Virus record (IMG/VR): IMGVR_UViG_3300037466_003065 | Span: 1 to 64,000 of that record | DNA from: a virus | Strand: one strand, 5' to 3' | Length of the DNA stretch: 64,000 bases | Part shown: positions 30,070 to 39,555 of the stretch, piece by piece | Layout of the letters: every line of letters starts with the position of its first letter | Position numbering within the stretch: position 1 is the first letter of the stretch | The notes under the pieces: model-generated | What the model was told of the DNA's origin: nothing | The model's input: only the letters and a program-made list of their open reading frames with translations | Databases searched by the model: none | Made by a program: the position numbers and the translations under genes

Positions 30070-30363
30070 ATGACACGGCGTCGCGTTATCTGGAAGTATC
30101 CCCTGCCCGGCCACTGCGGCGACCACCAGCTCGTGCGAATGCCCGCGGGCGCGATCGTTCGCAAGGTGGCCGCCCAGGATCATATCCCCACCGTCTGGGT
30201 CGAAGTCGACCCCAACGCACCGGTCGAGCCTCGCACTTTCGTTGCTGTGATGACCGGGGTCGCCTTCGACGTGGCCGACCTCGAATACTTGGACACCATT
30301 CTGTTGGATGGTGGCGGTTTCGTTATCCACGTCTACGAGGTGAAGGCACATGGGCGCTCCTAA
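30070..30363 (+). CDS. Small conserved phage protein (IWKYPL...MPxGA...VWVEVD...TG...HVYE pattern), 97 aa
   Basis: SD AGGAG. The motif layout matches a widespread phage family of unknown function, recalled as DUF7352-like. Confidence 0.75.
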   Translation: MTRRRVIWKYPLPGHCGDHQLVRMPAGAIVRKVAAQDHIPTVWVEVDPNAPVEPRTFVAVMTGVAFDVADLEYLDTILLDGGGFVIHVYEVKAHGRS

Positions 30364-31498
30364 AATCAAGATCCACCGCCTCCCCAAGGGGTACAACCCC
30401 AGCAACGACCAGGACGTGCAGTTCGCCACCGGCGACGAGCTCCTGCCGTTCGTCGACAAGCCCGACCTCCTGCAGGACGCGTACACGCTGACCTGCGTGG
30501 TGCCGGTCGTCATGGGCGACTGCTACCCGTTCGACAAGGCCGCCGGCCGGTCGTCCTACAACCTCGGCACGGGCGGGGCCGTCGACCAGACCCCTACCGG
30601 CATCACACTCCCCGAGCTGCTGATCGGCCCCGTGGGTGACCTCGAGCTGCGGGTGCTCGACGCGTCCAACGCCCCGATCGACCCCGCGACCTGGTCGGTC
30701 GCCTACACGGGGAGCACGCCGACCTCGATCCGCTTCACGGGCACCCCTCCGACCGGCGCCAAGGTGTCCGCGTGGAAGCTCGTCGCCACACCCACCGTCA
30801 ACTGGGCCCTGCCCGGCAGCGGCGTCTACGCCGGCCCCAACTCGGCCTGCAGCCTCCTGCTCGCCTACGCCAACGGCGGCACGACGGCCGTGAAGATGAC
30901 GGCCACCGCGATCTCCTCCGGCCCCACCTCCCACCTCGTCTTCGGGTCGGCCCAGAACAGCGTCAAGGTCAGCTACTACTACACGGCGACCAAGGGCACG
31001 CACTTCTGCGGCGACCACGTGAACTGGGTCGGCGACCACTACATGACCTGGCCCGACGTGTTCGTCGGCACCAACGACTACCCGGGCGACTCGACGATCG
31101 ACCCCAACACCAGCCTCCCCATCGACCCGGGCCGCGTCCCCGCCGAGCGGAGCCCGAGCACGTACTCGATCAACTACCGCGACGGCGTCGTGATCTTCCC
31201 CGACACGATCGACACGACCGCCCAAGACCTGCAGGGGAACGACATGGGCACGGTCAAGGCCAGCTACGCCTACCTGCAGGGCATCGACAACGTGACCGGC
31301 ATGCAGCTCGACCTGGTCGCCAGCACGGGCGGCAAGCGGTTCCGGGCGTCCACCGAGACGATTTTCACCGCGGCCCACGGCAAGCGGTGGATCACCCGGA
31401 ACAACCAGTACACCCCGCTGAACGTGTACGTGAACGGCGTGAAAACGCCGGCCACGCTGACCGCCCTGAACGAGACGTTGACCGTCAAGACTTCGTAA
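30350..31498 (+). CDS. Putative structural (baseplate/fibre) protein, 382 aa
   Basis: T/G/Y-rich beta-type sequence overlapping the upstream stop. YSINYRDGVVIF resembles phage tail-protein turns. Confidence 0.65.
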   Translation: MGAPKIKIHRLPKGYNPSNDQDVQFATGDELLPFVDKPDLLQDAYTLTCVVPVVMGDCYPFDKAAGRSSYNLGTGGAVDQTPTGITLPELLIGPVGDLELRVLDASNAPIDPATWSVAYTGSTPTSIRFTGTPPTGAKVSAWKLVATPTVNWALPGSGVYAGPNSACSLLLAYANGGTTAVKMTATAISSGPTSHLVFGSAQNSVKVSYYYTATKGTHFCGDHVNWVGDHYMTWPDVFVGTNDYPGDSTIDPNTSLPIDPGRVPAERSPSTYSINYRDGVVIFPDTIDTTAQDLQGNDMGTVKASYAYLQGIDNVTGMQLDLVASTGGKRFRASTETIFTAAHGKRWITRNNQYTPLNVYVNGVKTPATLTALNETLTVKTS

Positions 31499-31509
31499 GG
31501 ATTTGACCC

Positions 31510-33780
31510 ATGTCCGCCCCCTCGAACACCATCGTGAACATCGTCGGCAGTGCCGGCAACGGCCAGTACACCGGCATCAAGATCAACGCGGACGGGACGC
31601 TGACGCCCGACCGCAAGGTCACGCTGCAGCTCGCCGCGCAGGGCGACCACCCCCTGCAGTACCGGATCGAGACGACCGGCGACGTCGAGTCGACCACGAA
31701 CACCGACGCCACGCTCGCCGCCAACGTCGGCGTCTGGATCAACTTCACCGACGCCTCGGGCAACCTGCTGGGCAACGAGACCAAGCAGGTCAAGTTGCGG
31801 AAGACGAGTGCCACGCCGGCCGCCGACGACTTCAACCTCGACGCCAACGCCTCGGTCACCGTCACGTTCAAGGACACCAACGGCCTGACGACCGCGGCGA
31901 CCGCCACGATCCGCCTGAACACCCGCATCTACCAGACGGCCCACAAGCCGCTCCGGCCCTCGTCGTCCGGGTACGATGTCCTCCTCCGCGAGATCTACAG
32001 CGGCAGCGACCGCCCGATCCCCCACACCGAGCAGTTGAGCAACAGCTTCGTGCGGGCTTGGCCCGACATCTTCTACCCCACCACTCACTCCTACCCGACG
32101 CTCGCCAACGGCGACATCGACGAGGCGGCCGCGATCGCCATGAACGGCATTTCCGACGCCAGTCACGACGCCGTCCAGCTCGTCAACCGACAGGTGTCGC
32201 CGTTCGACCTGATCGTCTCCTACGACTCGGAGGGCCGCCCGGTCACTACGAACTGGACGACGAACGGGACGAAGGACTACGGGCACATGCTCAGCTCGAA
32301 CGCCACGCAGCTCACGAGCTGGGCCCTGAACAACGACGGGTACGGGGACATCAAGCTGGAGTTCGAATACTTCTACCTCGACGGCGGGGTGTGGGGGCCG
32401 CCGTACAACCCGGTGGCACCGCGCCGCGGCGACTACCTAGGCGTGTACGACGCGACCGATCCGGACGCGATGGAGACCTACGTCGACTCGCTCGGCCGCA
32501 CGCGGTGGCGGCTGAAGAACGCGGCCGTCCTGCGGGAGTTGGCCGCCTACGCCGGCTCCGGGCACGACGTGTATGACCTCAAGACGGGCGCCCGAATGAA
32601 CTCCGGGGCGACCGGCTCGTTCACCACGCCGACGTTCACGGCCGTCGACCGGATCGTCCTGATCCTGTACACCGACGCCGCCGGCGCCGCGAGCGGGTTC
32701 AAACTCAAGTCGGGCCCCCGGCACCCCCTGGTGTGGACGAACTTCGACGTCGACCCGGCCAACGGACAGCTCTGGATCCACAAGAGCACCAACTACGCGA
32801 CGACGGCGGGCAGTGCGGACACGACCCAGAAGATCATGATTTACGACTACTTCGACGCCGTCCTCTCGTACGACTACGAGACCGGCGACGTGATCTTCGA
32901 CACCGACAAGACGGGGAGCACGGTCACCGTCGACGTGTCCTACTGGGCCAGCGACACGCCGACGTCCCGCACGTGGCTCGCGGGCAACGACGACCTGATC
33001 GACTACGAGGACGCCAGCGTCTTCGTCGCCCCGACCGGCACGTCCACGATCACCGCCGGCATGCGGACGGACACCTACGAGACGGACGGCGACGGCCGCG
33101 TCGTCCAGCACGGCACGTGGGACAAGGATCGCGGCGTGTTCGAGTTCGACGCCGGCTACGTTCCGGGCACCGGCAAGCGGGTGTTCAGCGAGTACAACTT
33201 CCACACCTACCTCCGACTCACCCCCGACGACCACGGCGACCTCGAGTGGGAAGACCCGGTGATCGTCGCCGACAACACGCCCGCGTACCGCGACTACACG
33301 TTCGCCGACGTGAAGATCACGAACGAAGGGTCGGCGATGCTGGAGAACGGGTTCCTGAAGTTCGTCGCCCGCGGGTACAAGAGCACGAACGACGGCCAGG
33401 CCATCCCGGGCGCCGACGGGATCATCGACTCCGTGCTCGACATCAACCGCCCGTGGGACGTGCAGAAGGGGACGGCCGACGAGACGTACAACAAGATGGC
33501 CATGGCCATCCTGCCCGACTACATCTGGCCCCCGAGCCTCGCCAAGAACAACGACGGCGGCGGGTACAGCGGCGACGACTACTACAACAAGACCGCGCAG
33601 GGCATCCTGAGCCAGTGGAAGACGAAGAGCTTCGGCACGCTCGCGGCACGCACGTTCATGTTCGGCCGGGCGGTCTGGGTGCTCGGCGGCGAGGGCGGCA
33701 CGAACTACCCGGCCACTACGGCCGGCGAGAAGCGGTGCTCGATCGAGGTCAGCGGCCAGTTCTACAACCAGACGATCTAG
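31510..33780 (+). CDS. Putative structural protein with a CUB-like domain, 756 aa
   Basis: SD TAAGGA. IKLEFEYFYLD...GDYLGVYDA...IVLILYTDAAGAASGFKL at about 32347-32710 follows the CUB consensus with an insertion. Confidence 0.65.
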   Translation: MSAPSNTIVNIVGSAGNGQYTGIKINADGTLTPDRKVTLQLAAQGDHPLQYRIETTGDVESTTNTDATLAANVGVWINFTDASGNLLGNETKQVKLRKTSATPAADDFNLDANASVTVTFKDTNGLTTAATATIRLNTRIYQTAHKPLRPSSSGYDVLLREIYSGSDRPIPHTEQLSNSFVRAWPDIFYPTTHSYPTLANGDIDEAAAIAMNGISDASHDAVQLVNRQVSPFDLIVSYDSEGRPVTTNWTTNGTKDYGHMLSSNATQLTSWALNNDGYGDIKLEFEYFYLDGGVWGPPYNPVAPRRGDYLGVYDATDPDAMETYVDSLGRTRWRLKNAAVLRELAAYAGSGHDVYDLKTGARMNSGATGSFTTPTFTAVDRIVLILYTDAAGAASGFKLKSGPRHPLVWTNFDVDPANGQLWIHKSTNYATTAGSADTTQKIMIYDYFDAVLSYDYETGDVIFDTDKTGSTVTVDVSYWASDTPTSRTWLAGNDDLIDYEDASVFVAPTGTSTITAGMRTDTYETDGDGRVVQHGTWDKDRGVFEFDAGYVPGTGKRVFSEYNFHTYLRLTPDDHGDLEWEDPVIVADNTPAYRDYTFADVKITNEGSAMLENGFLKFVARGYKSTNDGQAIPGADGIIDSVLDINRPWDVQKGTADETYNKMAMAILPDYIWPPSLAKNNDGGGYSGDDYYNKTAQGILSQWKTKSFGTLAARTFMFGRAVWVLGGEGGTNYPATTAGEKRCSIEVSGQFYNQTI

Positions 33781-33789
33781 GAGTAGGAC

Positions 33790-36700
33790 ATGGGCCTCAC
33801 CATCGACAGTGTCGCTCCCTCGACGAGCGGCACGCTGGGCGACTACGACATCACGTTCACGGTGTCCGGGCCGGCGTCGAGTCTGTACTCGCTCGGCCTC
33901 TCGTTCACGACCAGCGTCAACTTCTCGAAGACGCCGTTGTTCCTGACCGACTCGGCCGCCAAGGTGCCGCCGGGCACCCATGTCGTGACATGGCGAACGG
34001 TCGCCCTCGCCGGCGTCGACGCGGTCATCCCGACGCCCGACCAGATCGGCCGCAACACGGCCGACGTCCTGATCTACGGGTCGCTCAACATCGACGGCGT
34101 CACGCAGGCCGACGTCACGTTCGGGCCGTACCACGTCGACAACACCGCGTCCCCGACCCCCACGGGCGGGGGCAGCAACAACACGTTCAAGTTCCCGGTC
34201 GGCGGCTGGGCCCACCCGGCCGTCCTGCCCGTCGCGTTCGACGAGAAGAACCCGCCAGTCGCCGGCGAGATCACGATCGTCATTCCCGACAAGGTCAGCG
34301 ACCTCTCGCCGGTGCGGTGCGAGCCGTTCGTCTACTGGCGGGCGTACAGCGAGGGCATCATCGAGCCGTCGTCAGGCAGCGGCGTCCGACCCGGATCCGA
34401 CGCGGGGTACGGCCAGTACCCGGCACAGGGGCCGAACAACACCAACGTCCGCGGCCTGTCCTGGCCCGCCCCGATCGCGAAGGACAACGTCGCCAACGGG
34501 AAGCGGTGGGACGACTGGGTGTTCGACCTCGACGGCGCCTACGAGCTCGCCATCCTGACTACCAACCAGCGGTGGATGTTTCGCGTGCCCCGCGACGACG
34601 GCCGCGACACCACGCTGCCGATCCCACTGACCAGCCACGAGCTGATGCGGGGGCAGTATCTGAAGGGGTACGTCGACAAGGACGGCACGACCAAGGAGTA
34701 CCCGGACGGATACGACTGGAACCTGCGGCCCGCCTGGCACCGCGGCCGCGAGGTGTGGGACACGGGCGACGCGTGGATCCAGGTCGCCACGTTCGAGCTC
34801 GTCGACTACATGGTCTGCGACACGTGCCACGGCCGCGGGTGGGTGGTGTCCGGCACGTCGGCCCCGTACGACCGCGTCGGGTGCCCCAACCCCACGTGCG
34901 ACAACGGGAGCGACAAGGGCAAGCCGTACCGCGAGCAGGTCTGGAACCCGAACATCCTGCAGTACGTGTGGTACATGCGGACGCGGCACATCCTGCGGCC
35001 CGTGTGGCACCGCCTGAGCCGGTGGATGGACGACAACCCGCTGTCGCCCCGCCGCCGGGACGGCTTCCCGATCACCGGCCAATTCGCGCTCGACCGAACG
35101 CAGTTCATCATGGGCGACAAGGTCAGCGACCTCGACGCCGTCCTCGCCGGCAACGGCGACATCTCCTACTACCTGCTCCAGACGCGGCACGGCACGACCC
35201 GGCGACTGCCGGCCGACACCGAGGTGGACTGGCCGATCGTCCGCTCCAACAACACGCCGGCGCCGGTGCGTCAGGCGGGCCAGTGGGCGGGCGTGGCGGG
35301 CGACACGTTCGTTTCGCCGACGCTGGTGCAGGAGGACTTCGACCTCGCCTGGCCGGTCGCCGGCGAGCTGGCCGGCAACGTGAAGTTTAAGGACGTCGGG
35401 CCGGTCTCGGGGGAGGTCGGGCCGTCCAAGTCGCAGTTCCTCATGGGGCAGGCAGACCCCGACTCGCACCCGCTCATGGCCAACCGCATGCGGCCGACAC
35501 AGCCGGGGAGCCTGATGGTGGGCGGGGCCATCCCCAAGCTGGCCCTGACCCGCGACCTGTTGTTCCGGTTCTTGCAGGGGGTGTGGGACGCGTACAACAC
35601 GATCCATTTCCAGTACACCGAGAGCGACACGACCTGGCTGCACATGCAGTTCGCCCAGTTCTTCCCGGACAACTCGCACACCGACTGGCAGGACGTGCGG
35701 GCCGACAACGCCGTCTTCGACAAGGTCGCCGGCGTGTGGCTGGTTCCGCCCCACCAGTTCTGGGCCTACTGGGATACGCGGGACGCCGCCCAGTTCCCCG
35801 AGGGCGGCACGTTCCGCCTCCGCATGCGGCAGTACAGCAAGCCGGCCGACGAGCCGGCGTCGTTCGGGCAGTTCGTCGTCTCGACCCCGTTCGTGCTCGC
35901 GCACGGCGTGGCCAACCCGATCAGCATTCTGAAGGTCGAGTACGAGAAGTGGAGCCACACGGTCGGCATTACGTACCGGGCCGACGATTCTCAGGCCGAC
36001 GCCTACACACTTACCCGCTTCTGGTACAGCGTCGACGACGGCGCGACGTGGCAGGAGATCTCCAAGGGCGACATCGCCGGCGAGACCGTCTACGTTTCTG
36101 CCGCCCCCGGATCGAACCTACACCAGATCACGTGGTTCGCGGGCCACTACCCGGTCACCGCGGGCAACGACTACCGGATCAAGATCGAGGCGGTGCCGAG
36201 CAAGTTCCTCGACGACATGGTGATCCCGTTCCTGAAGTGGCTGGCGCCGCGGAACCCGTACATCGACGACGCCGAGCAGGAGCTGACGACGTACCTCGGG
36301 ACGGTGCACACCCAGACGTTCAACGCCACGACGGGCCGGTGGGAGGCGTCGCCACCGTACCGCACCCCGGGCCAGATCGACACGCTGGAGGCCGAGCTGC
36401 TGCGGGTCAAGAACCACCCGGACGGCGGGCCGAACTGGTTCAACTTCTTCACCCTCTCCGGCGGCGTGTACACGCTGACCGACCCGGCCGGCTACAACGC
36501 GTGGCTGCTGACAGCGTACGCCTCCGGCGAGACGCACGGCAACGCGATGGCCCGGGTGAACACCCAGCTCGCGGACATCCTGAACAACAAGCTCCCGGCC
36601 GCACAGGACACGATCGCGGCCGGCGAGCGGGCGATCCGCAAGCGGCTGATCGACCAGGGGTACTACGCCGAGGATCACTTCGTCAACGGGCACGAGGCCG

Positions 36701-38631
36701 TGTTCGCCCCCGTCGTCGCCAACCGGTCGGGTGAGGCGTTCCCCAACCAGAACATCGAGCGGTGGTGGAACTTCCGCGTCCAGAACGCGGCCACCGGGGG
36801 GACGCGGGTGTTCAACGACTCCGGCCTGTACGACCCGCAGGAGATTACGACGCTGGAGCAGGTCTTCTACCGCGTCCAGATGGATCGCCTGCCGACGTTC
36901 GACTCCCAGACGGACGGACGGCCGCTCCGCGACTTCTTCTACGACCACACTGGCGCCCGCATCGGGCAGGCGACGTTCTTCGGCGGCCAGTCCACCCCGC
37001 CCCCGGCCACGGCCGACGCGACCCAGGCGGCCCGTGACCAGGCCAACGCCCCGGCGAACCAGCAGCAGGCTGGCGACGCGTCGACCCCGACCGCCCCGTC
37101 CGACCCCGAGCAGCCCGTCGTCGTCGGCGGGGCCCTGAAGATCCTGCCCCAACTCCTGCCGGGCGAGCAGGGCGGCGACCAGCTCGCGGCCGGCGACACC
37201 GAGTTCGACGGCGACTACCAGTGGCGAGTGGCGGCGTACAACTACATCTTCGACGCCATGCCGTTCCTGCCCCGGCCCACGGTCGACGCCCTCGCGTGGA
37301 GCGCGGACGGCCTCACGCTGACCGTGAACTATACGGCCAAGGCCCACGCCGGCGTCCAGACCTCGTCGATCGCCAACGACGGCGCCGGCAACGTCTACGG
37401 CGTGCGGGTCAGCAAGGCGTTCCTCGACACCCCGACGTGGGACGGCCCCTGGTTCGTCAACTTCGTCTCGGACAACCGGGCGGCCATCACCGAGCCGTCC
37501 CGGCAGCAGAACGGCATCCCGTGGACGCCCACGGGCAAGGATCGCCCCCAGCCCTTCTGTATGTACGACGAGCGGATCCAGCAGTACGTGATCATGACGA
37601 CGAAGAAGAGCTTCGACGGCACGTTCCGGCTGGTCACCTCGCGGGCCGCCTCGCTCCCCAAGGCGTGCGAGTACGACACGCTCTTCACGGGCGAGCAGGC
37701 GGCCGGCATCTTCGGGGCCATGATGCTGGTCGTGAACGGCACGTACCTCCTGTTCGCGACCGTCGCCCCCACGAGCGGCCCCGCCTACGTCGCGGTCAGC
37801 TCGAGCGCGGACGGGGAGACCTGGGGCCCGCTCGTCCCGTGCGCCGGTATCGTCGGAAGCCTCCCGTGGGTTTGCTACGACGGCGGCGTTTACCACATGT
37901 GGTACCAGCGGACGGCGGGCAACACCGCCGTGTACTATGCGACCTCAACGGACACCCAGACGTGGACGCCCCAGAACAGCGACGCCCCCGTTTACCAGCA
38001 GGCGGGCGACGTCGGCCGGCCCAGCGTGGTCAGGGTCAACGGGTCGTGGGCGATGTACCTGAACGACTTCGCGATCAACTCGATCATCAGCCTCGTCTCC
38101 GCGGACGGCGTCACCTGGAGCGGCCGCCGCGTCGAGCTGGGCGCCGTGTCCTACCTCGACGGCATTGGGTTCACGACCGCCCACCCGGTCAACGCCGCCG
38201 CCTACGTCGACGTGTACCAGGGCAACCCCGAGGTGTTCCTGATCCTCAACTATGTCCTGCCGGACAACAGCAGCGCCGTGTTCACGGCCCGGCTGGAGTC
38301 GCGAGACTGGCTCCCCCTGCGGTTCGGCGTCGTGCAGGCGGGGGCGAACCAACTCTTCTTCGTCCCCTTCTCGTCGGCCGGATCGACGCGGACGTTCACG
38401 GTCAACGCCGACCTCTACGGGTTCCAACAGACCGACCCGGTCAAGGTGCGGATCGACTTCCCGAAAACCGCCACGACGCCGGACAAGATGGAGTTTTATC
38501 GCCAGAGCGACTGGGTGACGATTACCAACAAGGAGGAGCTCGGGGCGTACATGAGTCCCCAGCCCTACCACTATTCCAGCAACCTTTTGAACTACCCCTA
38601 CCTGCGTCTGGGCACCAATGGCAACTCTTAA
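33790..38631 (+). CDS. Multi-domain adhesin/receptor-binding candidate (Ig/FN3-like domains, Zn finger, Asp-boxes, GH-like 5-blade propeller), 1613 aa
   Basis: SD AGGA. CDTCHGRG at 34816-34839 and CPNPTCDNG at 34882-34908. Asp-boxes SVDDGATW, SSADGETW, STDTQTW and SADGVTW. FN3-like YQWRVAAYN. Blade motifs PWVCYDGGVYHMWY and RPSVVRVNGSWAMY. Confidence 0.75.
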   Translation: MGLTIDSVAPSTSGTLGDYDITFTVSGPASSLYSLGLSFTTSVNFSKTPLFLTDSAAKVPPGTHVVTWRTVALAGVDAVIPTPDQIGRNTADVLIYGSLNIDGVTQADVTFGPYHVDNTASPTPTGGGSNNTFKFPVGGWAHPAVLPVAFDEKNPPVAGEITIVIPDKVSDLSPVRCEPFVYWRAYSEGIIEPSSGSGVRPGSDAGYGQYPAQGPNNTNVRGLSWPAPIAKDNVANGKRWDDWVFDLDGAYELAILTTNQRWMFRVPRDDGRDTTLPIPLTSHELMRGQYLKGYVDKDGTTKEYPDGYDWNLRPAWHRGREVWDTGDAWIQVATFELVDYMVCDTCHGRGWVVSGTSAPYDRVGCPNPTCDNGSDKGKPYREQVWNPNILQYVWYMRTRHILRPVWHRLSRWMDDNPLSPRRRDGFPITGQFALDRTQFIMGDKVSDLDAVLAGNGDISYYLLQTRHGTTRRLPADTEVDWPIVRSNNTPAPVRQAGQWAGVAGDTFVSPTLVQEDFDLAWPVAGELAGNVKFKDVGPVSGEVGPSKSQFLMGQADPDSHPLMANRMRPTQPGSLMVGGAIPKLALTRDLLFRFLQGVWDAYNTIHFQYTESDTTWLHMQFAQFFPDNSHTDWQDVRADNAVFDKVAGVWLVPPHQFWAYWDTRDAAQFPEGGTFRLRMRQYSKPADEPASFGQFVVSTPFVLAHGVANPISILKVEYEKWSHTVGITYRADDSQADAYTLTRFWYSVDDGATWQEISKGDIAGETVYVSAAPGSNLHQITWFAGHYPVTAGNDYRIKIEAVPSKFLDDMVIPFLKWLAPRNPYIDDAEQELTTYLGTVHTQTFNATTGRWEASPPYRTPGQIDTLEAELLRVKNHPDGGPNWFNFFTLSGGVYTLTDPAGYNAWLLTAYASGETHGNAMARVNTQLADILNNKLPAAQDTIAAGERAIRKRLIDQGYYAEDHFVNGHEAVFAPVVANRSGEAFPNQNIERWWNFRVQNAATGGTRVFNDSGLYDPQEITTLEQVFYRVQMDRLPTFDSQTDGRPLRDFFYDHTGARIGQATFFGGQSTPPPATADATQAARDQANAPANQQQAGDASTPTAPSDPEQPVVVGGALKILPQLLPGEQGGDQLAAGDTEFDGDYQWRVAAYNYIFDAMPFLPRPTVDALAWSADGLTLTVNYTAKAHAGVQTSSIANDGAGNVYGVRVSKAFLDTPTWDGPWFVNFVSDNRAAITEPSRQQNGIPWTPTGKDRPQPFCMYDERIQQYVIMTTKKSFDGTFRLVTSRAASLPKACEYDTLFTGEQAAGIFGAMMLVVNGTYLLFATVAPTSGPAYVAVSSSADGETWGPLVPCAGIVGSLPWVCYDGGVYHMWYQRTAGNTAVYYATSTDTQTWTPQNSDAPVYQQAGDVGRPSVVRVNGSWAMYLNDFAINSIISLVSADGVTWSGRRVELGAVSYLDGIGFTTAHPVNAAAYVDVYQGNPEVFLILNYVLPDNSSAVFTARLESRDWLPLRFGVVQAGANQLFFVPFSSAGSTRTFTVNADLYGFQQTDPVKVRIDFPKTATTPDKMEFYRQSDWVTITNKEELGAYMSPQPYHYSSNLLNYPYLRLGTNGNS
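34287..35133 (+). repeat. 19-bp exact direct repeat CGACAAGGTCAGCGACCTC (34287-34305 and 35115-35133)
   Basis: Both copies were read directly. They are 828 nt (276 codons) apart, in frame, and both encode DKVSDL. Confidence 0.7.
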
Positions 38632-39010
38632 CGCGACGGCGACCGGCATCAGCCCCACGTTCCCGATCACGAACGAGGAGCTGCAGCTCGACTACAACAC
38701 GAGCGTTACGAAGATCGACATCGACGGCGTGCAGCCGCCCACGTTCGGCCCGGACGGCGGGTACAGCCGCGCGATGGATCTGAGAAATCTATGGTTTCCT
38801 TGGATTGACGAACCGATTGTGCCGGCCCGGTTCGACGGCGTGTGCTTTTACCTCGGCGCCGTGTCAAATCGTCCGACCTTCATCAAGGATTACCTCTCCA
38901 TCTCCCTGATGCGTGCCACGGATTACATTCTGGAACCCGTGTATCAGGGGATGCTTAGGGCTACGGTCGATGGGGTAATACCTATTCCTCCCCCCAGCGA
39001 TTCCGAGTGA
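38618..39010 (+). CDS. Hypothetical protein, 130 aa
   Basis: Overlaps the upstream stop. The 5' half has the usual GC3 bias and the 3' half is AT-richer. Confidence 0.65.
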   Translation: MATLNATATGISPTFPITNEELQLDYNTSVTKIDIDGVQPPTFGPDGGYSRAMDLRNLWFPWIDEPIVPARFDGVCFYLGAVSNRPTFIKDYLSISLMRATDYILEPVYQGMLRATVDGVIPIPPPSDSE

Positions 39011-39045
39011 CAAATTAGCCGAAGATATGCGCGGAGGCTGTCACT

Positions 39046-39522
39046 ATGGCTGAGCGTGTATCCACTGCGAATCGCGTGCTGACCTGGCTCAGTATCTCCA
39101 TTGGTGCGATCGGCTTGCTGGCCACCATGGGGAACATCTGGATCTACAAGGATCGGCAGGACACTTTGCGGACGGACTTCGATAAGCTGAAGGCCGACCA
39201 CGACACCAAGAACCAGACCTTCTCGATGAACGACACGATCTTCGCGTCGTTCATGGAACAACAGCGGGCCCTGAACGGCAAGGTCGAACGCCACCTCGAG
39301 GACAAGAACATCCACGTCACCGAGGAGCAGATGCGGAACCTGGTCACCGCCCAGCTCGGCCCCATCACCAGCAGCGTGGGCAAGGTGGAGGCGACCGTCT
39401 CGGCGCAGGGTGAAGCCATCAAGCGGATCGAGGGCACGACCGACAAGGTACTGCAGCTCCTGCAGCAGCAGATCCTCCAGCCGCCCACCCGCAAGACCGC
39501 GGTCGAGCAGGCTTCGAACTAG
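39046..39522 (+). CDS. Membrane-anchored coiled-coil protein (holin/lysis-accessory-like), 158 aa
   Basis: SD GGAGG. N-terminal hydrophobic helix VLTWLSISIGAIGLLATMGNIWIY followed by heptad-like sequence. Confidence 0.65.
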   Translation: MAERVSTANRVLTWLSISIGAIGLLATMGNIWIYKDRQDTLRTDFDKLKADHDTKNQTFSMNDTIFASFMEQQRALNGKVERHLEDKNIHVTEEQMRNLVTAQLGPITSSVGKVEATVSAQGEAIKRIEGTTDKVLQLLQQQILQPPTRKTAVEQASN

Positions 39523-39548
39523 CGGCCCGTCCAACCCAAAGCCGATAA
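39519..39548 (+). promoter_or_regulatory. Sigma-28/WhiG-type promoter candidate with perfect -10 GCCGATAA
   Basis: GCCGATAA at 39541-39548, a weak -35 (CTAGC at 39519-39523), and exactly 7 nt to ATG 39556 with no SD. Confidence 0.6.
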
Positions 39549-39555
39549 GAGCCCC

